64,000 nt of DNA from a virus (IMGVR_UViG_3300021399_000118:1-64000), one strand, 5' to 3'; positions 33,139 to 47,200 are shown, numbered from the stretch's first letter. A program made the numbers and translations. The notes: generated by a model from the sequence alone, not told the origin.

Positions 33139-35118
33139 TTATTCGTTGAATATTCTCCAGCTTTCGCCATATAAATTATGACCACATTTATGGCAAATGA
33201 TTCTTTTTTCTCCTTTAATTTCAAGCATCGAAGGGTCATCGCACAAACAAGATGGACATATTTCATTTCCGTTTTTGTGTTCAAAAGAACCGCCGCAATG
33301 CATACAAATCCAGTAGCCTTCGCTATCCTGATGTTTGCACTCCCGACTGTCAATTATCTGATGGCAATTTATACAAAAATTTAAATACACGTTTTTATCA
33401 TGCTGAAAATCTTTTGTTTCTTCATGTGAGCAATTATATATTGTCGGCGAAACGTATGCCGTAAACTTTTTTGCATATCGAAAATTAGGATGAAAAGAAG
33501 CTCCGCAGCGGCATTTCATATGAGAATAAATTCTGATTATTTGATTGACATAACCTGATAATAAAAATGAATAGTTCCATGGTACTAAATTTGCGTCAGG
33601 GTCACCGTCTTTAATTTCAGCAATGTCTGGGTTATATCTAATGTTAATTAATAAATCTGTGAGCGTAATATCGCCAGGTTTATTTGTTTCTCTGTATTTT
33701 GTGTTTTCGTAAGACATAGTGAAAAAATAGCTGCACGCCTTGCCTTCACATGCGTGATCTTTTTCTCTCGGACAGTATATTCTGTTTATGTTTTTCCATG
33801 GTCTTCCATCGCAAAACAGTTCCGGGTTAATGTAGCTGCCGGATTGGCATTTGTCTAACATTTCACGCAGCGAAGGGGCTATCAGTTTGTTTTTATTAAA
33901 CCATTGAGCGATGTAGTTAACTAAGGTCCAGTGTGCTTTGTAAAAAAAAGCCCGCTTTTCTGTATCTGAGTTTAAAAAATAAATTTGAAGAAAACACATA
34001 ACAACATAAACAATTTCAGAACATCCGTTTTGAAGAAATTTTTGAGGATCAATAAAATAATTCTTATAATAGTCAAGCATTTCCGGATAAGCCGACAAAA
34101 CAAGCAAAGATCTAACCCTGGTTCGCTCAGGAATAAGGTCCCACCAGTAATCAAACAAAAGCTTGCTTTGTATTATTCTGCTCGCTATCTGTCCAAGTGT
34201 TTCGGAAGACGCATATATATCCGCTGTCTTCAGATAACTGACAATATAATTGTTTTGTTTGCAGAATGGTTTATTCCAAGCAAATAAATCAACATTTTCT
34301 CTCATCTGCCTGTTGCTTATATATGGATAAAATCTTGGACTTTTGATCAAAACGTCGAACGGCAAAAACTCAGAGACCTGAGAGACGATGTGTTCGTCTG
34401 TTGTTTTTATTAGTGTTTCCAATTTTTTTTGTACGTCTGGATTGTCGGACTGAAACAGACTTTTGTACGTTTCCCGGTTCAACATCTTTACGATGGCGCT
34501 GTTTTCTATCATGTCCGGGTTTTTTATAAGAATTGGAGCCACATTTAAATCGTTTTTCAAGAAAACATATATCAGTTCTTCTAAGTTCTTGGATGAATCA
34601 TGTTCAAAAGGTATTTCGTCAATATAGGGTTTAATAAACGCTGTTCCTTTTGATTCAATATATTTGATGATTTCTGCGCATAAAGAGCCGGAAATTTCAT
34701 GTTTTAACCACTTTTGATACAAAAGCTTTCGAACTTTTTCAATGGCAAAATCAGCAAAATAATCAGCCCAGTTGTTTTTATAAATATATTCCGGGCATAT
34801 TGATTTTAAACATTCGATTACCTCAGGATTGGCTTTTTGTGTCGAGTTAAGCCAATCAAAAACTTCTTGCGGAGTCAGTTCGTCTGCAAGACATATTACT
34901 TTTACTCTTGGCCTGTCTGATCCAGCATCAGGATCTAATTCGTAAACCGCAAGCGTTCCAACAAAGGATTGTCTATTTTTAGTTGGGTTGAGGCGGCTAT
35001 ATTTTTTAATTGCTGAAAAATGAAAATAAACATCATGAACATACCCAACTGGTCTTACAAATCCATAAGAATGCATCCCGTTGTTTCCGCCATAGTTTAC
35101 GATGCGACCAATATACAT
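33139..35118 (-). CDS. AT-rich moron: N-terminal cold-shock (OB) domain plus C-terminal multi-Cys Zn-binding region (659 aa)
   Basis: GRIVNY..SYGFV...DVYFHFS CSD motifs; many CxxC; opposite strand; AT-rich; GGAG RBS. Confidence 0.75.
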   Translation of the reverse strand: MYIGRIVNYGGNNGMHSYGFVRPVGYVHDVYFHFSAIKKYSRLNPTKNRQSFVGTLAVYELDPDAGSDRPRVKVICLADELTPQEVFDWLNSTQKANPEVIECLKSICPEYIYKNNWADYFADFAIEKVRKLLYQKWLKHEISGSLCAEIIKYIESKGTAFIKPYIDEIPFEHDSSKNLEELIYVFLKNDLNVAPILIKNPDMIENSAIVKMLNRETYKSLFQSDNPDVQKKLETLIKTTDEHIVSQVSEFLPFDVLIKSPRFYPYISNRQMRENVDLFAWNKPFCKQNNYIVSYLKTADIYASSETLGQIASRIIQSKLLFDYWWDLIPERTRVRSLLVLSAYPEMLDYYKNYFIDPQKFLQNGCSEIVYVVMCFLQIYFLNSDTEKRAFFYKAHWTLVNYIAQWFNKNKLIAPSLREMLDKCQSGSYINPELFCDGRPWKNINRIYCPREKDHACEGKACSYFFTMSYENTKYRETNKPGDITLTDLLINIRYNPDIAEIKDGDPDANLVPWNYSFLLSGYVNQIIRIYSHMKCRCGASFHPNFRYAKKFTAYVSPTIYNCSHEETKDFQHDKNVYLNFCINCHQIIDSRECKHQDSEGYWICMHCGGSFEHKNGNEICPSCLCDDPSMLEIKGEKRIICHKCGHNLYGESWRIFNE

Positions 35119-35166
35119 TCTTTCCTCCGTTACAGAACATGACTTTTTCAGCAGATAATCTGCTTT

Positions 35167-35195
35167 ATTATATATTTCTTTTTAACGGAAGTCAA
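35167..35195 (-). promoter_or_regulatory. near-consensus host sigma-A promoter of the moron
   Basis: TTGACT-17 nt-TATAAT on the minus strand. Confidence 0.8.
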
Positions 35196-35220
35196 ATACA
35201 AGAAGAAGAGGTGAACATAT

Positions 35221-38200
35221 ATGGCAGACGAAATAGAAGTCAGAATAAAAACCATACTAGATGAAACATCTGTTAAAGATACAAAAAAGGTTCTTGAGGA
35301 AGAATATGAGGATCTTGCAGTTTCTCCAAACACAGATCTTGAAAAACGTCTTATGTCTGTCGGGGAGACGCTTCGAGAGAACGATTTTGATGCAATTATT
35401 CCGGAATTTGGAAGACAGTTTGAAACACAGGTTTCCATTATCAGCCAAAATGTTGCAAGGTTGATGGGTTTATATGATAAAATCGGCCAGGCACAAACAA
35501 AATATGATCGTAAAATTGCTGCTGATAACTTTGTCGCAGCTCAAAAAAGAGCGGCTGTTCAAGTCGCTGATCTTGAAACCGCAATTAATTCCGCTCAGGC
35601 ATTTACATCTTCAATGCCTGCGCATTTAGTAAATCCATTTGCTCAGATGTACCGCAAAGAGAGTCCTTCGATGAGGGCAAACTTTGTCCGAATGTCTTCT
35701 TCGAATGGCTCCGGTTTTATGTATGCAAACGGAGATCAGATGGCCAGGGATTTTGCGAAGGCTTTTTCGTCGCGGCAAGCCCAGGTCGGAACAAACGAAG
35801 AGTTAACTCGATTTATCCAAGAGTACGGATATGATCTTGCTGCGGCGCTGATGCCGATTATGTCAACCGGCTTTAATCGAGAAGATCTTGTCGGGTTTTC
35901 TTTTAATAAAAGAAAAGAAAACCCTGGAAGTATCAGACAGCTTTTACCAAAGGCTTTCCAGGGGCTTAGATTAACACAAACACCCGAATACAGAGCTTTT
36001 AATCACACATCTGAAAAGCTGAGCGAAACAGAACTTCAAGATCTGGAATCTTTTATTCTTTCATCTCAGGATCTGATGGAAGAGTTTGAACTGGCCGGCC
36101 TCGCGCAAAGAAAAAATGGGCGAATAAGGATTAATACAAACGCTACGAGAGAAAATATAGACGCCCTTGGCGGAAGACTTGCTTCTCTTTATGAGGCTGG
36201 GGCAAGAGGCATTTCCACGGATCCGAACGCAGAAATAATCGACGTAAATGATCCAAAATACATCCAACGGATCGCATCCAAGAACAATCGGTCGATGGTC
36301 TCCGCAAACAGAGGAATGCGCATTGCGGAAGAGATGTTTCCGTGGATTGTTCCCTCTTACGTTGAAACTCCGAAAACGGCTGCTTATGATAAAGACATTG
36401 GAAAAATCACAGCTTCTCCAAGATATAAAGCTGGATCTTTTACATTGCTTCCATTTGAAAATGAGGGTGAAGTTGAAAATCTTCCTGTTGTAAACAGCCT
36501 GATACAGCAAAGATTAGCAAAACTTCAAGGGGCAGACAAGTTTGTACACAACGGGAAAAACACAAACGAAATCTATATGAAGATGCCAGTAGAGGCTCTT
36601 CAGGATTTTGAAACAACGCCCGAGATGAGGCAGGAACTTGTTCAAAGAATAGCTGCTCAAATCGGAAGCGTACAGCACGCAAACGGATACGATTATGTAT
36701 TTACAGGGTTTACTGGGACCAACGCTGCTTTTACAAGAAAAGACTTGTATGACCAGGCTATTGCGCTTGACCCGAATTTCTTTACAAACGGTGAGAACCG
36801 AAGAAAATTTTCCGGCCAAGGAGCCGGGGCCGCGTTCGGTCATGCTGTGGATTATATGCAAAAGCAGAGAACGGACGGCGAAGACATTCGGGATTTATAC
36901 GGAACGGATCTAAGCGGAGCGAGAGTCATCGTTGCGGATCTAAAAAAGATTACAGGGCTTGATGGACAGAACTGGATATCGAATGACCTTGTCCCTGCGA
37001 CATTTCAAGGAAGAGATGTTTCCGGAAAATCTACATACAGCGTATTTTCCATGGAAGGATTACGGAGAAAATATGCTTCTCTGATTGATCCTGAAACAGG
37101 AGATCTTGTTTTCGACAAAGGCGGAATCGATGGAGGTGAACTCCGAATCCCGAAAGGCGGAAGCGTCATCCTCGAAGACTGGTCCAACATCAAAGCAAAC
37201 AACCAATACGCCGGGCTGTCTCAAGACGAAGTAAACCAGAAAAGAACTGAAATTGTCCGCAGAGACGGGATCTTTGCAAAGACAACAGCAGACGATGCCG
37301 CTACAAGCGCAAGATACATTTCATCTCAGGCGGCCGCAAGCCTTTCGCTTGACGACAAAGCGAGAGAATATTTCAGAAATGTCTATCTCGAACGTCTTGC
37401 CATGCTTCGAAATGAAGACCAGGTTAAAGAGCTTCTGTTCAGCGGACAGGATGGATTATCGAAAGCTGTCATGTCTGGCGAAGTGTCTATGGATGATCCG
37501 GATGTTCAGGCGCGAATTTTATCTTACCGCCGTGCGTTGACACATAATGTCGGAGAGGGAAACTTGCTTTTGCCTGCGCACATCGGCAAATATGCAATGC
37601 TGCAGGCGTGGCTTCCGGATGTGTTTAATCAGCTTGTCGATGAAAAGAAACTGACCGAAGATATGAAAGCTATGGGGCTGGAAGACGAAGCCATAGAGAA
37701 TTTTGATTATAAGCACAAAATAGCTTATTTTGCGAGCAAGGCTGACGAGCTGATGTCTTTCAGAAACCCTGATACGCTAAGCGGAAACCAAGCAGTTATT
37801 AACAGAGGAGCTGAAGATTTTTTTCAGACGCTTGCAGATGATTTAGGTCTTGACAAGCAAGCCTTATACGCAGATCCAAGATCAGCCATTTTAAGAAAGT
37901 GGCAAACAGCTGACGAAGACGGAGATACTGTCTTCATGAGCGCTCTTCGAGGAAACGGTGTTTTCGGAGAGATTATGGCAAGGGTTCTTGCGAAAACAGC
38001 TGAAGATTACAAGAATCTTATTGAAATGTCCGGGAGAACCCAGGAAGAACAAGAAGCCTACGCTCAAAGTCGGGTTCGCAGCACGGAAATTGACGGGAAA
38101 GAATGGAATCTTAACGATCCTCTTGATATGGCAACCTGGTTTTCTCTTCGTCAACAGCCCGGGGCTAAAATGGGCGCTGCTCATGCGGTTACCGTTGGAG

Positions 38201-41200
38201 CAAAGCAATTTCCTTTAAAAGGCACTTTTGCCAGAGCGCAGCTGGAAGCAGAATCACATTACGATAAAGTATCAAACGGAATCTATAAAAATTTCGAAGA
38301 CTGGGATCAAACGCCAGACGAATGGGAAGTTTTAAAGGGCGGTGCTCCGTTTTTTCGGCTGAATGAATGGCGGAACAAGGCGACACACTTAGCAGAGCTT
38401 CATGGTGCAGGGCAAGATGAAACAAAGGAAAAGCATTTTGATCAGGAATCGTTTAACAAAAAGAAAGTTGACTCAGTAAATTTTGCTTCAATCCATGATC
38501 CGCATGCTCTCGTTGCAGATTTTTCTCAATTTATAGCCGGGCAGGAAGATCCAGAATCTCTGCTGTCAAGCGTTCAGGGTGGAAATTGGGATGAAATCTT
38601 TTCAAATCTTCCTGAAGTATCTAAAAATAAAGAGGTCGCAGCGCTTCAAACAAGGCTTCGTGCTCTTCGGCAAGATAAACTTAACGGAAAGTTTTTAGCC
38701 TTTGACGACAGCGTGGTCCGCGAGTTAGGAGCTCTCTCAGCCAACGCATTGCACGCAATAACCGATGAAGTAAACAAGGATCCTCAATTTGACAGCGATG
38801 CAAAACGTACGGCAGAGATTGTGAGACGCTGGCGAGCAGCCGGAGGCGAAGTCCCAGCACATTTAAAAGAATGGGGTTTAACTCGTTCAAACATTGAAAA
38901 GAACCCTGAACTGAAAGCTGAAGTTCAAAAAGCGATTAACGCCTACGGAGAAGATCGCGTTTACGCAAGAAGCGATGCGGATGTTGGATATGTTTATTAT
39001 ACCCCTGAAGAGATTCAGGCTGACAGGGTTCGCAGAGCACACGACGCAGTCGAAAAGAAAAAGGCGGCTCTCGAACAGGCCAAGCTTGAAAAAGCAAAAG
39101 CTGATCAAGCAATAATCAGCGAAAAGAAGGCAGAAGCAGTAAACACAGAAACAGTTCGTGTCGAGGACGAAACACAAGCAGAAGCCAAGGAGTTAACCGC
39201 AAAAACACCGGAGACGAAACCTCAAGCCGTGTTAAACGAAAATGCCAATCCTCCTTTGGTTAATCCTCCTTCCACGCCAATTACCAATCCTCCTTCTCCG
39301 GCTTCCAGTAAACCTGATTCTGGAGATCACTGGCTCTTAGATAATTTAAGGGCAAGAATAGCAACTGCCAGAGAAATGGCCAAAAAATATCCGGACGACG
39401 ATAAATGGATAAAACAACTTGCAGAAGATGAGCGAATGTTAAAGGAAGCAGAGGAGTCCGGTGACAGAGTAAAGTGGGCCGAAGATCATATTCAAAATGC
39501 TACGGATAGATACAGACAGGAAAAGAAAGCTGATGAAGAATCCGAACTTCAGGCTCGCACAAAAAGAAACGGGGACATTGGACCAGTTAAAACGGAAAAC
39601 GAAGAACATTCGAAAGCTAAACGGAATCAAACTAAAGCATCTAAACCTCAAACAGCTGAACCTGAAGAAAATGATGAAAATATTAGAAGATTGGAAGCCG
39701 AGCTTGCTCAAGCGCAGGCTGAAGAAGAAAGGGAAATAAAAGCACAAAAAAATATTGAGGCGTATATGGCTGATCAGGCGGAGTATAATAGAATATATGC
39801 TTCTGCTCAGGATCTTTCGAATCAGTTCCGGATTAATAAAAGTGCAAAGAGAAACAAAATTGAAGGAAGAAGTCTTGCGGAAGGTTATTTTAACAGGAGT
39901 TACTACGGTGAATTTCGGCCACTGGATAGAGAAATAGCAGATTATATTAAAAATCATCCAGAAATGGATCCTAGCCAAACGGTTGCGCTGAATCAATTAA
40001 TCGCCCAAGCCAGGGGTGATATGTTTGAAGATTTTGCCAACAAAGGAACTCTTTTTGCCAAAGAATATGCCGACGATGTCGAAACAGAACTTAAAGGCAT
40101 AACAAATCCCGCGTCTAAACAGAAAAAAGTATTAGACAACTACACGAAGACGGCTGAGGAAGCTCAAAAGTTTATTGAGCAAATCGATAAAGTATTAAGC
40201 GATCCGAAGATAAAAAAAGATGATTCCAGTAGAAAAGCTTTAGAAAAGGCAAAAGAAAATATCAGTGCGTCGATTCAGCAAGGGAGTGCATTTCAGAGAG
40301 AGCTTGCGGAGCAATACAAAAAAGAAAATAACGAAAACGCTCTTTTAAGAACCGAAGATCTGAAGGCGAAATACAATAAGAATTATAAAAAGAGCGGAAA
40401 TTATCAGGCGATTCTTCGGAACAGAGAGATTGACGCGCTTCAAAAAGATTTAGATCAGCAGCAAAGAGAAGGATTGATCGGAGAAGACTCTTACAGCAAA
40501 GCATCTGAAGATCTTTCAAAGATGCGAGCGGATGCTGTTGGCTGGAAAATCGATATGACGGAAGGCCTCCAGAGCGTTGGTAAACTTGCATCGGAAACCG
40601 CTTCGAAAATGGTTCGGCAGTTTGGCCGGCAAATGTGGCAATCTGCGATAAACGAAACCAAGAAGTTTGTTCAGGAATACGACAAGAGCATGACCACTAT
40701 TCAGATGATCACACTTAAGTCGGACGACGAGATAAAGAGTCTTGGAACCGGATTGATCGGAAAAGCCAAGACGATGAAAATGACTGTTGGAGATGTTACG
40801 TCCACGGCAGAAAGTCTGTATCGTCAAGGGCTCACAGATTCTGAGGTAAACAGTCGGCTGGATACGATTCTTAAATTTTCTGCTGTGTCAGGGACTAAAG
40901 CGGAAGACGCCACAAAACTGATTACAACCGCAATGAACACGGGTCTGGTCAGCGGCGCACAAGAAGCAGCAGATATTGTAACTGCCTTGGGAGACAGTGC
41001 CGCTACTAACGCCGCCCAAATAGAGAAAGGCATTGAAAAAGCCGGTGCAGCCGCGGCTGTCGATGGAACGAGTTTTGCTGAGCTTGCGGCGATGCTTACG
41101 GCCATTACCGCAACCACACAGCTGACAGGCAATGTTGCTGGAACAACGATGAACTCTATTTTCGGAAGGATGAATAAAATCGGAACGAATGAGCTCATCG

Positions 41201-44200
41201 AGGACGAAAATGGTAATAAGATCAGCGCTTCTGCTATTGCTACGCTTTTGAGAGAACAGGGGATTCAAACCCATATTAACGGAGAAAAACGATCTTCCTT
41301 CGACATCCTGAAGGAGCTTTCGACCAAATGGCAAAGTTTGTCCGACGCAGAACAGCAACGACTTTCTACGGCCATTGCCGGAACAAGGCAATACTCCAAC
41401 TTCTCAGCTATTATGCTTGGTATGGCAGAAGGAAATATCGATCAATATCTTGATACTGCCGGAGAATCTGAAGGAATCGTTGACAAGAAATATGAAGTTT
41501 ACACAAGAAGCCTCGAAGCCGCATTAAACGATCTGAAAACAACCTGGGACAGCCTTGTTGCAGGAATACAAGAAAACGATATTGCAACCGGACTTGTCGA
41601 CGGACTGACTTCCTTATTGAGTGGTTTTAGCAATATTCAGTCTCAAGCAGGAAGTGTTGTTTCAGCTCTAATTTTAATCGCCGGTGCGATTTCTGCGATT
41701 GGTGTTGCCTCAGCCGCTGCAAAGCTGCCCGGATTTATTCCTAAACTTTTAGGAATTGCAGCAGGCGCAGCCGTCGTTGGCGGCGCAAGCTTGCTTGCGA
41801 ACCAATTTAAAGACATTGGAACTCAAAAAAATAAAAACGATAGTCCAGAAGCACTTATAGAAAAAAATGAAACCTTCAAAGCGAACGCTGCGGATCAAAG
41901 CAAATATTATCAAAACTTAATTGATGAGACAAACATCTTGGCAAAAAAGATAAAAGAGGGCACAGCAACAGGACGAGAAAGCAGCGATTTTGCATCAAAT
42001 GTTAATTTGCTTGGGGCGTCGTTTGAAAGTGTTGGTGCTTCTATTAACAGTGCAACAAGCGCTCTTGAAGGATGGGAATCTGCTTCAAGCCTTGCCCAGA
42101 ACGCTGCAGATGAAATAGCTGAAGCCAATAAAAAGATTATTCGCTCGAACGAAGAAGTTATCAGACAGAATATCAGAGAGAAGGCTCAGAAAGATTTTAA
42201 AGAAGCTTCAGTTAACAACGGATTCTCGAAAACCGGATTGGATCTACTTCAAACTCTTGAGACATACAGGCAAGGAAATGTTGATCGTTTCGAAGTCGAT
42301 GCTCGTTTGAGACAAATGGGCCTGGGTCTTGGGGAAGGCGTGTCCGACGCAAACGCACTAGCGTTCTACGACGTTTACAGTTTTACACAAGGAAACTCCG
42401 ATAATCCGTTCAAAGGAAGAGAATTAACGACAAAAGCTCTTCTTAGCCTTGCTGGCACAATTTTTACAAACAGAGGCGCAAGCGCAATCAGCAAAGCTCT
42501 CGGAGAAGGAGGAGCGACTGAGCTGGGGACGCTGTTTGAAGATTCTGATTCTTTTGTGGCAGCATTTCAAAACGGATTTAAAGACACCGAGCTCTCCTTT
42601 GCGACATATCAAAATCTTATTTCGCTAATTGGATCTATTATATCTGGCAACGCACCAGATGGTATTAAGTCTCTCATAGAGTTGTCGCAAGAAAATCCGG
42701 AAGAAAGAAAAATCATAGAGCGGGCAATCGATGATCAACTGGCAAATACTGATCAATATGCAAGCCTTGGATCCGAGGCAAAAGAGATTATTAGGAAAAA
42801 AGCAAAATCTTACGCGTCTGGCCTGTCTCTTGATGATGCCTATAATTTTGCGATTGGTGACAGGAAAGACCTTGAGGCATTTATCTTAAGTGAATCGAAA
42901 GAAGCTGCGAACAATCCGAATTACGTAGAAGAAGCCAAAAAAACTGGAACATATGTTCCTGTTTCCATTTCGGAATCTGTTGCAGCAGCATATTCTGCAC
43001 TTACGGGAAAGAACAGAAAATACGATACAGAATACCAGGCGCTGCTTTCTGATGTTGTTGCCGCCAGCGCCTCAGAGAACCCGATTGAGGCTTTAAAATC
43101 TTTAGAATCAAGCCGGCATAGTGCGATCGTCGGAAGTGAAGACGCCGAACTGTTAAAGATCTGGAATGATGTAAACGAAAATAATGGCCAAGGCGTTTAC
43201 AGCGTTGGAGATCTCAGAACTTACCTTGAAAACAAGGTATTTAGCTCTACTCCTGCGGCGAGAAAGCAAGGCAATCTGAATACCGCTTACAATCTTTCTC
43301 AGGCGAACGACTTGCTTCAGCGGCTCGCATCCAACGACAGAAGTCACGAAGCCCTGACACAGCTTGCTTCTATGACTGGTCTGGACATCGAACAAGTTCT
43401 CGCGAATCAGGAAAACGCTATTTCTCTTGCACAAGATTTACAGAATCAAAATGTTGAATCTTATCTGTCCAAAATAAGATCTGATGTAGACAAGGAATTC
43501 GGAGAAGAACTGAAAGATCCAAATAAACGCAACAAAGATCTTCAAGACAGAATTAACAAATCGCTTCAAGGAACAGGAGTAAGTCTTAAATCTTTTGACG
43601 AAAACGGAAATCCTGTTTACGAACATGATTTTACTTCTGTTAATCGTCGCGCAGGAGTTATGGATTATTCGACTCAGTACACCAACGCAGAGCTGATGGG
43701 TTATGCTAAACAGCTGGCTGAAAATGGTGGCACCTGGAACGAAATGTTTGCTACAGGCGGAACTTATCATGACTGGTCTAACGAACAGATCAACGCAGTC
43801 GCATCCTACTCCCCTGCCCTTGCCAGATATTTAAAGATGAGCGCCGATCAGAGAGCGTCCGCAGAAGGTCAGGCACTGAAACAGCAATACGAAATTCAGT
43901 TTAAAACAGAGGGCCTTGGAACCCTTGAACAAGCTGGGAACATTCTTCAGGGAACGGCCAGCCTTGTTGAGCGATTAAATCAGAACGGCACGATCAAGCT
44001 TAAAGCAGAATATGAAATAGCAAGTAATGCAACTGAGCGGCTGCAAAGAACTGCCATGCTAAACAACGGATCTTTAGCTGAACAGACTCAAGCCGTTTCT
44101 GAAATTACTGGCAGATCTGCAAGCGAGATTCAAACCAACTTTACGGCCTACAAGCAAGAAGCGCAGGAATACATTGCAGCTGAACGCGCCGCAACAAAGT

Positions 44201-47200
44201 CTTCTTATCAGAATCTTTACGAAAAAGCAGATTCTGAAGACGTACAAGAATACATTAAAAATCAAGCCGCGCGGGAAGGATTCATTTTAGAAGACGATGA
44301 AACCGAAGGAGCGAACGGCAAAAAAGTCTTCGTTGATCGCGGAGCTTCCAATGACTACAACTATCATGAAAATGCATTTCTCGGATCTTCCAGAAGCTAT
44401 ACAGACCTGGAACTTGCAAACGCAAGAAACGATATAATTCATGGTAAATTATCGACCAAGGCTGGAGACTATGAACTATATCGTGCGGCTTCTGCTTCTG
44501 GCGGCCGATATTTCCAGGAATACAACCGGATGCTTGCAGAGAATTCTATCAGTCCGAGGACGTATTCCAGGAAGGAAATGCGAGAAGCTAAGCGCCGGAT
44601 GGTGCAGGAAGAGGAGCTTGCCCGGAGGGACGCGGAAGAATCCCAAGCTCTTGAAGACGCAAAGCTCGCGTCTGGGACGCTTTTCGGAGCTCAGAATTAT
44701 GCAAGAGTTCGCTATGAACAAAACAACAAAACCGGATTGGCTGCGGATGCTGTATACCAAGCGCTCAACAGTGTCGATACGACAGAAGCCACCTGGATTG
44801 AATCTTTAAAAAATGTTTTATCCAATGAAAATAACAAGCAAAATATAATCGATTTAATAAACTCTTCTGACGCGGCTGCAAAAGCGATAGAAGATGCCGG
44901 GATCGCGTTTAATGAAGATGGCTCAATCAACCTTGACAGACTAACTTCTTCTGCGAACGGTGGCGCTTCTACTTTAGCTGCGCTCATGCAGAATGTTGCA
45001 GGCTTAAGCACTGGATACAGCGATCTGCAAGAAGTATTAACAGCTCAAGAAACAGGGAAACGTGCTCAGCAAGCTTTTAATAATCTTCAAAAAGGATACT
45101 TCATTTCTCAAGGAATGGCAGAGCAAGTCTATGATCAGGAAAGAAGGTCCGCAGAAGAAGAAATAAGAAACGAGCTTGCTCGTTCTGATCAATATAAAGA
45201 CAGCAGCGAAGAAGAAATCAATCGGCTTGTTGACGATCAACTTAAAAACAAAGGTCTTGCAAGTCTCAATGATTATCTGGAAAAAGAGCAAAAGGGAATT
45301 CTGGAAGATCAGGATTATGATTACCTGAAGACCGTGCTTGGAGAAGGATTGTCTCAAAAAGCATTGTCTAAAAGTCTCAACGAAGAAGAAACATCTTTAG
45401 CCAACACGCTTCTTGAAAATGCGGCTTACGGCTACAATGGATTGTCTGCCTCGCAAAGACTCGAAGGCATTAAAGAAATCGGGGGCAGGATCGCAAATAA
45501 TACCCTTACCGGCTACAGCTCTTATGCGGCAGATCAATATATGTCCGGCTGGTCTGGATGGCCGAGATTTTCTCAACTTCAGCAACAGCTTGAAGAGAAT
45601 GGAAAACTTGAAGGTGCGGATTTACAAGAGTATCAAGCCTTAAGTGCAGAATTTGAAAATCTTCAGAAAAACGCCGAGATTGAGATTAAGATTCAAGGTC
45701 TTGCAGAGCTCGAGGAAGCCGGGAAAATAATTCAAGGTACAGCTGACACGGTCAAGCAGCTTCAAAAAGGCGGAAGTTTTGAAATTCAAGCAAGGGTTAA
45801 GCTTGTTTCAGACCTTTATTCTGAAGCTCAGCTCGACGCCATGTTAAACAGTGGAAACGCCAATCTTGTTAATCAAGCTGCTCAACAAATAACAGGCGTA
45901 TCCGGAACACAATACAATGAAAACAGAGATTATTGGATCCAGCAAGCTCAGGCTATGCGGTCTACGAGAAGGACTCAAACAGCTGAAAGCTTGATGAAAG
46001 ATTACAATGCTGCTCAGGATAAAGAAGCTTTCCTTGCTTCGCTTGAAGGAGCCGGATGGAGTCTGCAAGGGTCTGTTTTCGATAAAGTTGCAACAGCAAA
46101 TTATCAAGAATCTGGTATTGTTCCGGAAGGATTTACAAGAAGAGGAAACAGATTATATCGTGATCCTGCGTTTGTTTACAATCAGGAAGATTACAAGTTT
46201 GACAATCCCTATGTTAACGCTGAAAAGAACTATACAGACGCTGAGCTCTTGCGGATGCGGAGACAAATTCAGAACGGCACGTTAACTGAAGGTATGACCG
46301 GATACGAAACAGCTTTCCGCAGCGGTGGGACAGAATGGGCTGAGTACCAGAGACTGCTTGCAAATCTTCCAAAGGAAGAGGAACGTACAGAAAAACAAAG
46401 AAAATCTCTCGAGGCTCAAAGGCAGAGAATGCTGCGCGAAGAGAGTCTTTCTGAAAGAGACATCCTGGAAACGGAAGAACTTGAAAACGCCCGGCTCCAA
46501 TCTGGTTCTCTTGGTGGAATGTTCAGTTATGCTCAGCTTCAGTATCAACAGAACAATAGAGCAGGCATGGCGGCCAATGCGCTTTATGAAACCCTGTCCG
46601 GAGCTAAAGTTGAGAGCGTAGATGATTTACTTGGAATCCTTGGAGACGAAAAGAATGCTCAAAACTGGAAGGATCTTATTGAGTCTTCTCCAGAGTTAAC
46701 AAAGAAGTTTAACGATCTCGGGATCACAATGGATAAAAATGGTCAATGGGACGTTTCCGGGCTTCAGGGAAGCGCAGACGCTGCGGCTGGAGCATTGTCT
46801 GCTTTAGCTCAAATTGTGGCCTCTACTTCCGCGGAATACAACAAAAGACAAGAAGTATATTCTACCGGTGAAAAATATTCTATGGCCTCAAGATATCTTT
46901 CTGGAGATATCACAGATGAAGAAGCGCAATATGCCGCACTTGAAGAAGTCATTGGAAATAGCGCTGCCGCTCAGCAGATTCGAAATTATAACGAAGATTA
47001 TACTGCAAGGTCAAACAGATGGCTTGCCGGGTATAACGAGGCTCTGGAATCCAGAGACCCAAATGCTGCTGAAAGATATTTAAGAGAAAATCCAAATCCC
47101 GCCAATGAAGAATATGATCCTTTAAGCGTGTTTAGCCCTGAAGAGCGAAGCGATGTAGAGATGATGATGACCAACGCCAAATATGGCGGGTCGTCTTTGA

